Shown one piece after another: positions 25,899-39,143 of a DNA stretch of 64,000 bases. The stretch is from Eledone cirrhosa (taxonomy: Eukaryota). The position numbers were made by a program, and so were the translations under genes. The notes under the pieces are model-generated. The model saw only the letters and a list, made by a program, of their open reading frames with translations. It was not told the origin of the DNA and did not search any database. Location: contig OZ024740.1 in NCBI GenBank assembly GCA_964016885.1, forward strand, positions 153,202,001-153,266,000, written 5' to 3'. Position 1 is the first letter of the stretch. Each line of letters begins with the position of its first letter.

Positions 25899-28800
25899 AT
25901 GGCCGTATTAAGAGTAGGATGTTTAAATGTTCGAGGCCTGGGATCGTCCTGGAAGCAGGGTCACCAGCTCAATGACCTCAGGTATCTAGAAATGGATGTA
26001 ATTGCCGTCAGCGAGACCAGGATTTCCGACACGCGCGCACTAGCCCCCATTTTCGACGACTATCAGATCTTTGCATCTGTTAGCCGGCCGGGAATAGGAG
26101 GCGGGGTGGCAGTGCTGTTTAGGAAAGGCCTGGATCTCGAGGTAAGGTCGATATTCCGGGACCCGGAACAATAACGAAGGTGGTGCCTTTAGACTGGTGG
26201 CCGTCTATGCTCCTACTGGGGCAGGACAGCCGGACTTCTTTAGACGCCTGGAAGCCTTTCTGGGCACGTCTCGCCCTTTACTCTTAGCGGGGGACTGGAA
26301 TGGCATCTTAGACGCACGTTGGGACTGTGTGGGAGTATCCGATAGGAGCAGGGGGTGCAAAAGCCCCAAGAACCTGATCAGCCAGCTCCAACTGTCTGAC
26401 AGGTACCGACTAGATTTCCCTAATGCGCCAGTGTGGACCTGGGCTAACCGCATAGGGTCATCTAGATCGTATATAGACAGGATATTCATTAGGAAAATAG
26501 ACAGAAATAGTGTAAGCTGTCCACGTTTTGAAACGGTCGCCTATTCAGATCACAAGTTTGTGATCTGTATGGTCGACCTAAATAAGACGCGTAGGTTAGG
26601 ACCTGGTTACTGGACGCTAAACATGTCATTTCCGGCACGTAAGGTTTACAGGGACCAGGTCAACAATTTAATTAAGAAAAAGTTGACAGGGGGAGTCGTC
26701 AACAATAGATGGTGGGGGGCTCTCAAAAGAGAGATTAGAGTAATGTCGATAGAGTTTAGCAAAGAAGTAGCGTTAGAGAAAAATAGAAAGGAGGGGGAGT
26801 TGGTAGATAAGTTAGACGAGGCTATTGGTAGTGGCATTGCAACTGACGTGCTAGCGGCGAGAATGGTATTAGACCATTTCTTCAATGCGAAACACGAAGA
26901 TTGCATTGTCAGAGCTAAGGCACGTGCTCTGAGAAACGAGGGAACCAAAGCTGTTCGATGGGCCCGCGTGGCAGAGGCGCAGCGTGGTAATAAAACCACG
27001 ATTCGGTCTTTGACGGACCGAGACGGGCACGAGCTGAGCGATTCCAAGAGAATGTGTGAGACCTTTCGCCAACATTTTGCTCGGTTGTTCGGGGTAAGTG
27101 GCGGGTCAGAGATGGTGGCGGATTTCAGTCCCTACCTCGATGGCTTGCCGCAACTCTCGACGGCTGACGCTGGGCGTTGCGAAAGGCCAATTACTTCAGC
27201 CGAGATTCAGGATGCCCTTGTCGGCTGCATGAGGCGCAAGTAAACCCGGTTTGGATGGTCTGCCCTACGAGCTTTACGTAAATATGCCAGACTTGTTCTC
27301 CAATCTCCTCGAAGTCCTCTACTGCAACTGGCAGCAAAACGGGAGTATTCCCAGTTCTGTGAGCCGGGGCGTAGTGACGCTGATAAGGAAAGACGAGAAC
27401 AAGAGGGACACATTAGACAATTTCAGGCCCATAACTCTGCTCAACACAGAGTTTAAGATTTTGGCCAGGGTGTTAGCGAAGAGGTTGGCGCTTGTCGTCG
27501 GGGATTTGGTTGGGGAGGCGCAAACTTGCGCAATCCCAACCAGGTCCATACACGACAACCTCCACCTCATGCGATACATCATAGATAGGGTAGGGTGTAA
27601 ACCTGGCTTCGGTGGGGCTCTGATCAATTTAGATCAATCGAAAGCATTCGATAGGGTCGACCATCGGTACCTGGAGGCTGTCCTCAAGGCGGCTGGCTTC
27701 GGCTCCGTCTTCAGAAGCTGGATCGCTGCAATGCACAGCGGCACCTGCTCGATGATCAAAATTAATGGCCACCTCTCGGAACCGTTTCAGGTCTCCCGAT
27801 CGGTCCGTCAAGAGTGCCCTCTCTCCTCCCTTCTGTACGTATTGACTCTCGAGCCTTTACTGCGGAAGCTGGAGCTGTTGCAGGGAATCCCGCTGTGTTG
27901 GCTTATGCGGACGACATCACCGTGATGGTGTCGGACACCTCAGAAATCGAGGTGGTCGGCAACTTATTGGAGGAATATGAAAGGTTGACGGGAGCAAAAC
28001 TTAACCCGGAAAAGTCGGTGGGCTTGCAACTCGGCACCTGGAGAGGCAAGTCCATGCCGTCCAACAGCGTCGTTAGGCGCTGGACGGACGGACCGGTAAA
28101 GTTGCTAGGGGTTTGGTTCGGGCCAGACCTCCAGGTGGATAAGAATTGGGACGAGGTGACGGGCAGGGTAGCCAGTCTCACCCAGAAATGAGCTGGGATG
28201 AAGCTATCACTGAAAGGTCGGGCGGAGGTGGCGAACGCGTACATCGCGTCCGTCATCTACTACCGTCTGACCGTCGTCCCTTGCCCTCGTTCGCGCCTCG
28301 CCATCTTGGAGCCGCTCCTCTTCAAATTCTTGTGGAGGGGTCAGGTTCCCCTGGTGAGGCGGTCCATCTGCTGCCAGCACCCTCTACGTGGAGGGCTGGG
28401 CATGCCGTGGCTAATGATCCGCAGGCACGCGCTGAGGCTGCGGCATCTCCAGATATTCTGCCTAAACGGTGAACAGGTGTGGTCGCCGTTTGTCAGACGG
28501 GCCTTTCCGCAGCTCGTTTCTTTGACTGAGCTGCAGTCCTGGGTCAAGAAGAGAGACCGAGTCTGGGTGACTGGCATGTGGAATGTTGCCAGGCACTCAC
28601 TGCCCTCTACCAGGCGGGCAATGCGGTCAGTGGAACTTCCACTCTCGAGTTCTATAGAGGATTAGTGGTGGGAAAGTGCGACGACGCACTCGGAGAGGCT
28701 CTGGGCATCAACGAAGTCGAACTAACCAGTCTGTACCGGAGGACTTTCGAGCCGGGGACGATGGATAATTTCCAAAATTCCCTCGCTTGGCAGTGCTACC

Positions 28801-29276
28801 GGGGGGAACTGCCGGTTCAAGATAAACTCGACAGGGACGGAAGTGCTGTCAGACGGACCTGCCCGAGATGCGCGCAGAGCGACGAAACTGTTCTGCACGC
28901 ACTCGTCCAGTGTCCGTGCATTACTGACTTGTGGAGTTATGGTGAAGAGCTGTTGTCGCGTGTAGAACGGATCCGGTTATCGGCCGAGTCCATAGTGAAG
29001 ATCGACCCGCCGCCTTCTTTTGGCCAGGAAGGGCAGGCAATTTTCCTCTGTCTGGTGGCACTAACGAAAGAGGTTATATGGTGGACGAGGTTGAAAGGAC
29101 TGAAGACAGACACTTTTCTCTTCGGCCAATCCCTCATCAACTTTTTCAAGTTTCACTTGGAAAGGAAGGTGAGGGTGGAGAGAGAAGTGCTGCCCCCCAG
29201 TACATTTGCTGAAAAGTGGGTGAATGTAGCGAGAATGGCCCGTGTGAGTGGGCCTACTCTGGTTATGCGGCTGTAG
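25899..29276 (+). pseudogene. Tx1 ORF2 (APE-RT-zinc finger), disrupted
   Basis: CLNVRGL, SETR, GDWN, YIDR, SDH; FRPITLLN, DQSKAFDRV, YADD; CPRC..HALVQC. Confidence 0.9.
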
Positions 29277-29596
29277 GTAGGTAAATTTGAGGAGGAGAGG
29301 GGGTGCCCTTCCAGGGTTCTCTCGAAGCGTCGGGTCGTTCAGGATTGGTGGGGTACCTGAGCGAACCCTGGGTGGTCATCCCCCCATATTGGGGAATTTT
29401 TTCTTGTAATTTTATTGTTACTTTGTTATTGTGATTCATATTGTTTACTCGATTTTTCTGTAAAACCCCACTGTCCCAGTCTTTTGTATTGTCCCCTATA
29501 TGTCGGCCCTTGTGGCCAATAAACGAAATTTTTATTATTATTATTAATATACTGGGTAATTGCTGGCCTTGTGCCTAAAATAGAAACAATTATTAT

Positions 29597-29670
<74 letters not shown>

Positions 29671-29749
29671 GGTGTTGGATTCTTAGAGCGTCCGTATGCA
29701 GTAGGCGGTTTGAGCACTCGATGCTCTCACAGAGCAGAGTATGATAGCA

Positions 29750-30027
29750 CAAAAAGAAAGAGAATCAGTGTTGCAACGAATGGAATTTATTGGACATATT
29801 ACAATCATTTCTCTGGAGACCAGCTCGAGGCATGATCGATGTGATGATAGAACCTGACTCTGAAAATCGCAAGGTCCTCAGATACGTCTTGATTCTACGA
29901 AGCAGATTTTCCAACTTTCCTTTTACATCGATATCCTTCGCCTGTCGCCTGCATCTAAGTCGACAGGCGAAGGTTATCGATGTCCAATAAATTCCATTCG
30001 TCGCAACACTGATTCACTTTCTTTTTT
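29750..30027. repeat. Short fold-back element with a nested GC-rich hairpin
   Basis: aatcagtgttgcaacgaatggaatttattggacat pairs with atgtccaataaattccattcgtcgcaacactgatt. Inner ccttcgcctgtcg / cgacaggcgaagg. Confidence 0.7.
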
Positions 30028-30165
30028 ATATATATACACGCTAAGACTCTCTTCCTGCTATTTCAAACGTTAAACTAATATATTTCTTCTACGTACTCTG
30101 TCGTTGTTTTGTTATTCTTGTTATTTCTGTTTACCTTTTACACCCCCCGCCACACACATAAATAT

Positions 30166-30277
<112 letters not shown>

Positions 30278-30348
30278 GCGGAGCAAGCGGTTATCAAACA
30301 ATTCTCTAAATAAATTAAAAAACGATTTAAATAATCACCTGTTCTATT

Positions 30349-30429
30349 GCTGTTACCGACGGTTTCATCATTCCAAAAGATTGGAAATCCAGAGAATTTC
30401 CAATGGAAAGAAATGAATCTTCAGACAGC
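30349..30429 (-). ncRNA. Hammerhead ribozyme motif (inverted copy)
   Basis: Reverse-complement counterpart of 31214-31294. Confidence 0.65.
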
Positions 30430-31213
30430 TTATTTCTACACTATAAGGTTGCCAGCCCTACAGTAAGTAAATATTTCGCTTCCTGCCCAACGCATGCGGT
30501 CAAGCCGTTAAAATGACACACACGCAAAATCAGGTCGCAGATAATAACTGTTTATTATAAACATGTTGATATTGCCACTAAAATTAGCAGCATTATTCAA
30601 CGTTTTGTTCTCTACATAAGGAGAAAAATTATAAAAGTGGATGAATACTTCAACAGGCACTATGTACTTGTAGAAATATGCAAGGTGTTTATAATATTTG
30701 TGGTTCAATGGTACTAATTCGAGATACCAGAACAATATAAAATAGCAGAGCAAGCGGTTATCAAACAATTCTCTAAATAAATTAAATTATTTAAATCGTT
30801 TATTAATTAAATTATTATAAATTAAATTATTATAAATTAAATTATTTAAATCGTTTTTTAATTTATTTAGAGAATTGTTTGATAACCGCTTGCTCCGTTA
30901 TTTTATATTGTTCTGGTATCTCGAATTAGGACCATTGAACCACAAATATTATAAACACCTTGCATATTTCTACAAGTACATAGTGCCTGTTGAAGTATTC
31001 ATCCACTTTTATAATTTTTCTCCTTATGTAGAGAACAAAACGTTGAATAATGCTGCTAATTTTAGTGGCAATATCAACATGTTTATAATAAACAGCTATT
31101 ATCTGCGACCTGATTTTGCGTGTGTGTCATTTTAACGGCTTGACCTCATGCGTTGGGCAGGAAGCGAAATATTTACTTACTATAGGGCTGGCAACCTTAT
31201 AGTGTGGAAATAA

Positions 31214-31294
31214 GCTGTCTGAAGATTCATTTCTTTCCATTGGAAATTCTCTGGATTTCGAATCTTTTGGAATGATGAAACCGTCGGTAACAGC
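31214..31294 (+). ncRNA. Type I hammerhead ribozyme motif
   Basis: GCTGT-CTGAAGA-tTCATT...AATGAt-GAAA-CCGtCGG-TA-ACAGC. Confidence 0.7.
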
Positions 31295-32567
31295 AATAGA
31301 ACAAGTGATTATTTAAATCGTTTTTTAATTTATTTAGAGAATTGTTTGATAACCGCTTGCTCCGCTATTTTATATTGTTCTGGTATCTCGAATTAGTACC
31401 ATTGAACCACAAATATTATAAACACCTTGCATATTTCTACAAGTACATAGTGCCTGTTGAAGTGTTCATCCACTTTTATATATATATACAAGCAGCTGTA
31501 CTACCATAGCTAATGAGTTCTTTCTCCTATTGACAGGACTTATTTTTTCCTTCCACACGTCCACAAAATCACCCTCCTCACCCAACCAGCTTGATGGGGT
31601 CGCTGATGACCCGACAATGTGATAGGTTATATTGGGTTATATGTTTCCAGTAGCGCTCGAGGGCCCCTTAACACACATACATACATACACACATATATAC
31701 ACACACGCACACACATATACATACACACACACACGAACACACATATTCATACATACATATATACATACACGTGTGAATGTTACTCAAATATGACACCTCA
31801 AGCTGTTGAATCTATTTGATTGATTCTAAATCATTGATTAGATTGCTTATATTTCTCTCTTTTTAGTTTTCAGATATGTAAATATTCTGAATAGTTTTGA
31901 CATATACCATTTAAAAAAATTACCCAATTTCTCATTTAATATACAATATAGTTAAGGTTGCGGATATGTAAACATGTTAAGGTGGCGGGTAAAATAACTT
32001 GCAGTATTTCCTTCGGGTTTCTGCGATCTGAGTTCAAATCTCACCGAGATATACTCTGCATTTCATCCATTCGGAGTCTATAAATTAAAGAACCAGACGA
32101 TGAAGGAATTGGTCGAATAGTTAAAGTGTCGGATGGAATGCTTTGTGGCATGTTCCAGCGCTTTGCATTCAGTGTTCAAATTCTGCCAATAGATTCAAAT
32201 TAACTGTTCTTTAAATTATAAAGAATGTGATTGAGTACTCCATAAACATTCGTATCTCAAATATAATCACCGCTCACAATCAACCTGATAAAGTGTGTGA
32301 CAAAGCTTTCAGGCTGTTTCTGCAGACAGTTTCGCTCACAGAGTATTGGTTAACTCTATGGCAAAAAAGATTTGTGAAATGGGCCACTCAGAAATATTGA
32401 TCCTTAAATCTGATGATTCCGAGAAGAAACTCCCTGAGTATTCGTCAATCTTCTGCCCATTGGAATGGATATACACATCTGCACATACACAAAGGCAAAG
32501 TTATTCTCACACTCTTTCTGTCACTCACCTTGGTATCTCACATACAATAGATAGAATTATATATATA

Positions 32568-33351
32568 CTAGCAGCAGTACCCAGCGTTGCCTGGGTAGGT
32601 AAAATAATATATGCTTTGATGAAAAGGTGTTGATCTTAGCGACTGCTTCTCGATGACTCATCTATGGCCACACACATGCCATGACCTCTATCACTGAGAA
32701 ACGCTGGTGACTGACGAAGGGGCATGCTGGGGGAGGGAGTTTCGAATTTGAACGAAATTGGTTGAAAAATGTGGGAGCTAGAGCCCAAAAGGCGGAAATT
32801 TGAGCGAAAAGGTGGTGTTTTCGAATATTTAAGCGGCTGCCACGCCGTCCCTGAACAAAAAATCCAAAATGTAAAGCCACTTTAAGACGTGAAATAATCA
32901 AATCTAGCGTAGTGTAAAATTTGAACAAAGTAGGTTGATTAATGTGGGAGCTAGAGCCGAAAAAGTGGAAATGTGAGACTAAAAGTGGTATGTTTGAATA
33001 TTTAAGCGGCTGCCACGTCGTCCTTGAACAACAAATGCAAAATATAAAGCCATTACAGGATGCGCAATGATAAATTCTATTTTGCTTTAAAATCTGAACA
33101 AAATCGGTGGCAAAATGTGGGAGCTAGAGCCAAAAATCTTATTTTTCGATACCTAAAAATAGGTGACCCCCTCTATTGATTTTTATCTGCAGAATGACCC
33201 CGGAATAAAAGAAACGATACGCTGGTATATAGAAAACACTCCCCGATGACTAATCTATGAGCCTGTAAAGTTTCATGAAAATCGGTCGTAAGATGTAGGC
33301 CACTATAGGTAATACACAGACACACACACATACTTAATTTTATATATATAC

Positions 33352-33354
<3 letters not shown>
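32568..33354 (-). mobile_element. Non-autonomous Helitron
   Basis: Minus strand A|TC...CTAG|T with subterminal hairpin TACCCAG-N6-CTGGGTA and internal ~170-bp imperfect repeats. Confidence 0.65.
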
Positions 33355-33395
<41 letters not shown>

Positions 33396-33591
33396 CGTTT
33401 CTGAACTTGTTTAGCAAGATTCTTTATCTGAAAACGTGTGTTTAAACCGATATTGTTATACTTTGGGAGGGTCATGTTGCCAATAAGAAACACACGCACC
33501 AGTTGCTTTCACTTCAATTTATTATAATAAATTTATAAATTTAGGAATTTATAAATTTATGGTTAGCTGGTTGGATAGTTGTTTATATATT

Positions 33592-33634
33592 GTCAAAGTT
33601 CTTTCGTCACACATTCTGTGACCTCTTCAGTGAC
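33592..33634 (-). ncRNA. Hammerhead ribozyme motif in the inverted Penelope terminal repeat
   Basis: Reverse complement of 34024-34066. Confidence 0.7.
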
Positions 33635-34023
33635 TGGGGATTCTTTTCTTTGTTTTTGTGCCTCTCCTTTGTTCTGTCCTACGCCATTTTTCATATCATC
33701 TACGTAGCGGGAGTATATATTCAGGGTTATAAAATTGTCGTCTAAGCGTTCCTTAAGTCTTCTGTCCGACAATACTATAAAGAGGTTAGCTATGTCACTT
33801 GCAATGCTAACGCCAATGGCTGCCTCCTCCTCTTGGCAATATATTTTGCTAAGGAACATATGTTCAAGTTACACAAGATGACAGCTGCATCCTTACCTCG
33901 TCAACCACCTAACTGGCAGTGCAGTTTCGTGTATTTATGTGTTACTGAACTCGTGAAGCCAGTATGAAAAATGGCGTAGGACAGAACAAAGGAGAGGCAC
34001 AAAAACAAAGAAAAGAATCCCCA

Positions 34024-34066
34024 GTCACTGAAGAGGTCACAGAATGTGTGACGAAAGAACTTTGAC
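34024..34066 (+). ncRNA. Minimal hammerhead ribozyme motif in the Penelope terminal repeat
   Basis: GTCA-CTGAAGA-gGTCACAgaatgTGTGAC-GAAA-gaac-TT-TGAC. The copy near 36158 has lost the GAAA box. Confidence 0.75.
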
Positions 34067-34216
34067 AATATATAAACAACTATCTGGTTGTGGAACCAAC
34101 CAACCAACCAACCAGAAATTTATAAATTCCTAAATTTATAAATTTATTATAATAAATTGAAGTGAAAGCAACTGGTGCGTGTGTTTCTTATTGGCAACAT
34201 GGCCCTCCCAAAGTAT

Positions 34217-34298
<82 letters not shown>

Positions 34299-34304
34299 CT
34301 GTGT

Positions 34305-34380
<76 letters not shown>

Positions 34381-36420
34381 TGAGAGAGCGGGAGAGAGAG
34401 AGAGAGAGAGCGAGAGAGCGGGAGAGAGAGAGAGCGAGAGAGAGAGAGAGAGCAAGAGAAGAGGGAGAAAGAAAGAAGAGGAAAGGGAGTAAGGAGAGGA
34501 AGATGTTTTGCTTTGTTTACCTTTTCACCAATAGATGAATCATTAGATATGTTGCACAAACTGGCTTCACGAGTTCAGTAACACATAAATACACGAAACT
34601 GCACTGCCAGTTAGGTGGTTGACGAGGTAAGGATGCAGCTGTCATCTTGTGTAACTTGAACATATGTTCCTTAGCAAAATATATTGCCAAGAGGAGGAGG
34701 CAGCCATTGGCGTTAGCATTGCAAGTGACATAGCTAACCTCTTTATAGTATTGTCGGACAGAAGACTTAAGGAACGCTTAGACGACAATTTTATAACCCT
34801 GAATATATACTCCCGCTACGTAGATGATATAAACATCGTAGTAAAAACACCCCCACAGAAGAATAGTCAGTAATTAGAGAAGAACACCATGGAAAGCATC
34901 CAGCAAATAGCTAACTCCATCCACCAGAGAATTAAAGTTACTATAGACTACCCAATTAAACACCCAACCATAGATTACCCGTAGTAGACACAGACCTCTG
35001 GTTAGAAACTATTGATAATAGAACACAAATCCTCCATTCGCATTATGCCAAAACCATGACCTCCAAATACTTGATCCACCGAATCTCAGCTGTTTCGGAT
35101 CACATGAAAATTAATATACTGATTGCGGATTTAGTAAGAGTGATGAGGAACGTGTTCTGCATGTGTAATCCTAAATAATTAGAGAGTCACATACAACACT
35201 TCATCCACCACATGCAGTTCTCTGGCTACAATCAGAGAGACAAGATCAGCGTATATAAAGGAGCCAGAACCAAATGGGTAAATATTATAGAAAATGATGC
35301 AAATGGGATTTGCCCCATGTACAGAAGCAAATTTTCGAATAAAATAGAAAGGATTAAGAAAAAGACAAATAAAATCAACTTATGGTATAATAGCAATAAA
35401 TACCAGAGTGTAATGTTTGTCAATGTAAGCCCCAGAGGCGAACTAGCTTACAGATTTAGAAGGACCCTAGACAAGCTCAAATTAAATATCAAGATAATTG
35501 AAAGACCAGGTATTTCCATAAAGCCCCTAATTAGTAAAACATATCAATTTCAAAGAACTCCCTGCACTGATAGGAAATGCATAGTCTGCAAGCTAAGCCC
35601 GCAAACTAACTGCAAAACTAGAAACGTAGTATATAGCATAAGATGTACTGAGGGGCAGTGTAGGAATAAGAACACAACACACATAGGTGAAACAGCCCGT
35701 AGCATAGGAGAAAGGATAAGTGAACACTGGCGAGAACTCCAAGATGTGAAAAACTCATCAGTACTCCACCAACAAGCCAAAATAGAACACAGGGGCACGC
35801 TGGAGAACATAGAAATAAAAATTATATCTGCACAGAAAAAATGCAATACTCAGACAAATTACAGAGGTGACAAACATAAACGAACTCCAACCAAAATTAA
35901 ACAGATAACATGAGTGGAATAGCAACATCACAGCTAGTAATTAAGGACAAAACATACAGACACAAAAACCAAATTAATAAAACAAATCAGACACACACAG
36001 ATAGAACAAACAACCAACTAGTGACAAGTAAATAAACACATAAATAAATAAATAAAAACACACACACACGCATGCGCAAACCAAGTACACAGCACACAAC
36101 ACACAAAAACAAGATGGTGCAGGACAACAAAAGAGAGAGACACAAAATAAAAAGCCAGTCACTGAGGAGGTCACAGAATGTGTGACGCTTTGACAATATA
36201 TAAAAAAACCATCGAGTTATCGAACCAATCAACCAGCCAACCAACCGGAAATTTATAATAAATTGAAGTGAAAACCAACAGGTGCGTGTGTTTTTATTGG
36301 CAGCATGACCCTCCCAAAGTATAACATACTTCGTTTTTGAATTTGTTTCGCAAGATTTCTTATCAGAAAACGTGTGTTGAAATAAATGTTATACTTTGGG
36401 GCTGCCAATAAGACACACGT

Positions 36421-36516
<96 letters not shown>

Positions 36517-36649
36517 AAAAAAGATGAAATCGAAAATGCAACTAGAGTCTTTTTTTTTTAAATATATATTTATTTGGTTCCTTTACCGGTTTCGCAGTTC
36601 TTTTGCTTTTCAAATGTAGGATTGAGATGGAGGGTTTGTGGTTTTTCTA

Positions 36650-37236
36650 CAGTAATCCCCCGCTATATCGCGGTTCACTTTTCGCGGTCCCGCTACATCG
36701 CGAATTTTTCTTTGGAACATATCTAATTTTCTATCGCGCTAATCCTTGCTACATCGCGGATTTTTCGTTAGAACATATCTATGTTCTTATCGCGGTACGT
36801 ACCTCTGAATAAAAAATGTTTAAAATTTAAACTTATTAAATAAGTTTCGATGTAATTGAAATATATAGCGTAAGTGTAAGGCTTTAACTATAAAAATGTT
36901 TCTATTCTTCATTCCATTACTGTTTTATTGATTATGTTTTTCTAAAATCATAGATTGCCTGGAGACGTGCAGTGTTAACGTCGCTGGTAATAGTTGTCAT
37001 TGGTAACTAATGGTACGATGGTTGGTGATAATTTCTATACGATCGTTACAGGCTGTTTTTGGTGATTAAATACAAAAGTGTGTTTTAGTGATATGTATTT
37101 AAAGCGTGTAGGAGAGGTATTTGAAGGCTTAATCTATGAAAACAACGGTTGTCTTTATGGTTTCTCTATATCGTGGATTTTCATTTATCGCGGTTAGATC
37201 TTGAATGTATCACCCGCGATAAACGGGGGATTACTG
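36650..37236. mobile_element. Tc1/mariner (pogo/Tigger-like) MITE
   Basis: TIRs CAGTAATCCCCCGCTATATCGCGG / CCGCGATAAACGGGGGATTACTG with a TA duplication on both sides. Confidence 0.85.
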
Positions 37237-37861
37237 TATATATATAAACGAAGAGAGAGGGAGAGTGAGGAGAGAGTGAAAGAGAAATAGAGAGCTAGAG
37301 AGAGAGATAGAGACAGAGAGGATAATATATAAAACGATATTGTATGAATTAAACAATACACATTTACAGAATATTTAAAATAAATTACATATTTTTAAAT
37401 TTCAAAAAACCTTTCAATCTCTCAAATCAACAATATATTAGACGTTTATTGATATATTATAATGACTGTTTATTTAAAGTTGTCCAAATATTAAAACATT
37501 TCAAATATATGTTACCTATGCAAGAAACTGACAAGTGTTCTATAAATCTATGTGCCTTCCCGAATGATTAATATCTTATGTGTGATAAATGGTTGATGGA
37601 ACATTATATAAAGTAAAGTTGAACAAGTCAATTCCACAAAGCAGAACTACCACGGAAGACATTTCTCTATTCATCTCGCTTATCTCTTACGAAAATAATT
37701 TTATTACTAGTTTGTATATTTCTATTTATTTATCTTTGTACATATGCACACACACATGCACACACATGCACACACATGCACACACATGCACACACATGCA
37801 CACACACACACACACACACATACACGCGCGCGCGCGCACACACATACACACATACACACGC

Positions 37862-37931
<70 letters not shown>

Positions 37932-38222
37932 GTATGTATGTAAAAGGTAAACAGAAATAACAACACAATCGGTACAGTATATGGAAGGGATATATTAGGT
38001 TAACGCTTGATATAGCAGGAAGAGGGTCTTAACGTTTTGGACGCTAGTCCTTCATCAGAATATATATAGATCTACAAAACCAAATTGTAAAATTATAATA
38101 TAAAATTAAATTAAATTGTTTAGAACTACAAGTGAAGTCATTCTTTTCCTTTTTCTAAATATACCTAACTGTACCAAGGATTTCACACATTTTCACACAC
38201 ACACACACGCACACGCACACAC

Positions 38223-38316
<94 letters not shown>

Positions 38317-38560
38317 GAGATATCTCCTTTTTTAATGTCACACACTATAGTTATCATATATGTTATGGTATATGTTAGTGCATCATACACAACAATTCTT
38401 ATTGAAAATTGCCTCAAATCCCCTGAAGCAGTTTCTAGTGAATAGAAGCTGGGTCATTGTGTAACTAATTAAAAACTAGTCAACTTCATGATTCTCATTC
38501 ACTTATAATCTTTTTTCATTGACTTTATTCCCCCACAGTATAATTCCTGGTAATCACAAG

Positions 38561-38621
38561 ATGTATTTGCTGATACTTTACCAAATTCTCCTGATAACTG
38601 GAATTACCCAGTGCTATCTAG
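38561..38621 (+). CDS. First coding exon (signal peptide) of a putative secreted repeat protein: MYLLILYQILLITGITQCYL
   Basis: Pyrimidine tract plus cacAG acceptor at 38537-38538, ATG at 38561, hydrophobic core, phase-1 donor AG|GTATGT. Lies in non-repetitive sequence. Confidence 0.65.
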
Positions 38622-38964
38622 GTATGTGAAATATATTTTATTTACTAATCTCTAACCGACATTAAATCCTAAACTACTGTTGTTGGTCATTCTGATCTAG
38701 TTTCTGATTCTCGATCGAACATTCGCCATTGGTAGCGCTATCACACAAGATCATTTGACTCTCAACGACCACAATAGCTTTAATCAGGAGTCATATATAT
38801 TACAAGCAGCCAGCGATGGATCTTTATAACAGAGAAGAGTTTAATTACATGTCGTAACGAGTCTAAATATTTATTCACGGACACTATAATTCCTGACCAT
38901 TCACGGACACTATAATTCCTGACCATTGGCCTTGTGCCAAAAAGTAGAAATAATTATGTATTGA

Positions 38965-39143
38965 TGGCAGTATTGGTAGAGGGTCAGACACCATGCTTTG
39001 CAGCACAGTTATGTCCCTTTACGGACTGAGTTCAAATCCAGCCGAGGTTAACTTTGCCTTTCATCCATACGGAGTCGATAAAATAAAGTACCAGTAATGC
39101 ACTGGGATAATTGCTGGCCTTGTGCCAAAAGTAGAAACAATTA
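38965..39143 (+). mobile_element. tRNA-derived SINE
   Basis: tggcagtattggtagag A-box-like head, GTTCAAATCC B-box, family body and tail ttgctggccttgtgccaaaagtagaaac. Confidence 0.8.

Larger units (their letters stand above)
23689..29546 (+). mobile_element. Tx1/L1-type non-LTR retrotransposon, copy 3 (different subfamily)
   Basis: Starts GG immediately after the (TTA)n tail of copy 2. Own ORF1 and 3' UTR; ends AATAAA..(TTA)n. Confidence 0.9.
33393..36420 (+). mobile_element. Penelope-like element (RT plus GIY-YIG) with inverted upstream fragments and pseudo-LTR copies
   Basis: YSRYVDD RT motif; NVVYSIRC..HIGETARSIGERISEH GIY-YIG (35212-35913). ~33690-33962 is an inverted copy of ~34560-34830. 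Terminal segment repeated near 33460-33690 (-), 33965-34220 (+) and 36110-36325 (+). Confidence 0.85.

Noticed and set aside
37605-37633. TATATAAAG plus Inr-like TCAATT as promoter of the micro-exon gene
   Set aside because: Such motifs are common in AT-rich DNA and no convincing first-exon donor follows.
38965-39050. tRNA gene
   Set aside because: Has A/B-box-like motifs but no full cloverleaf; it is the head of a repeated SINE.
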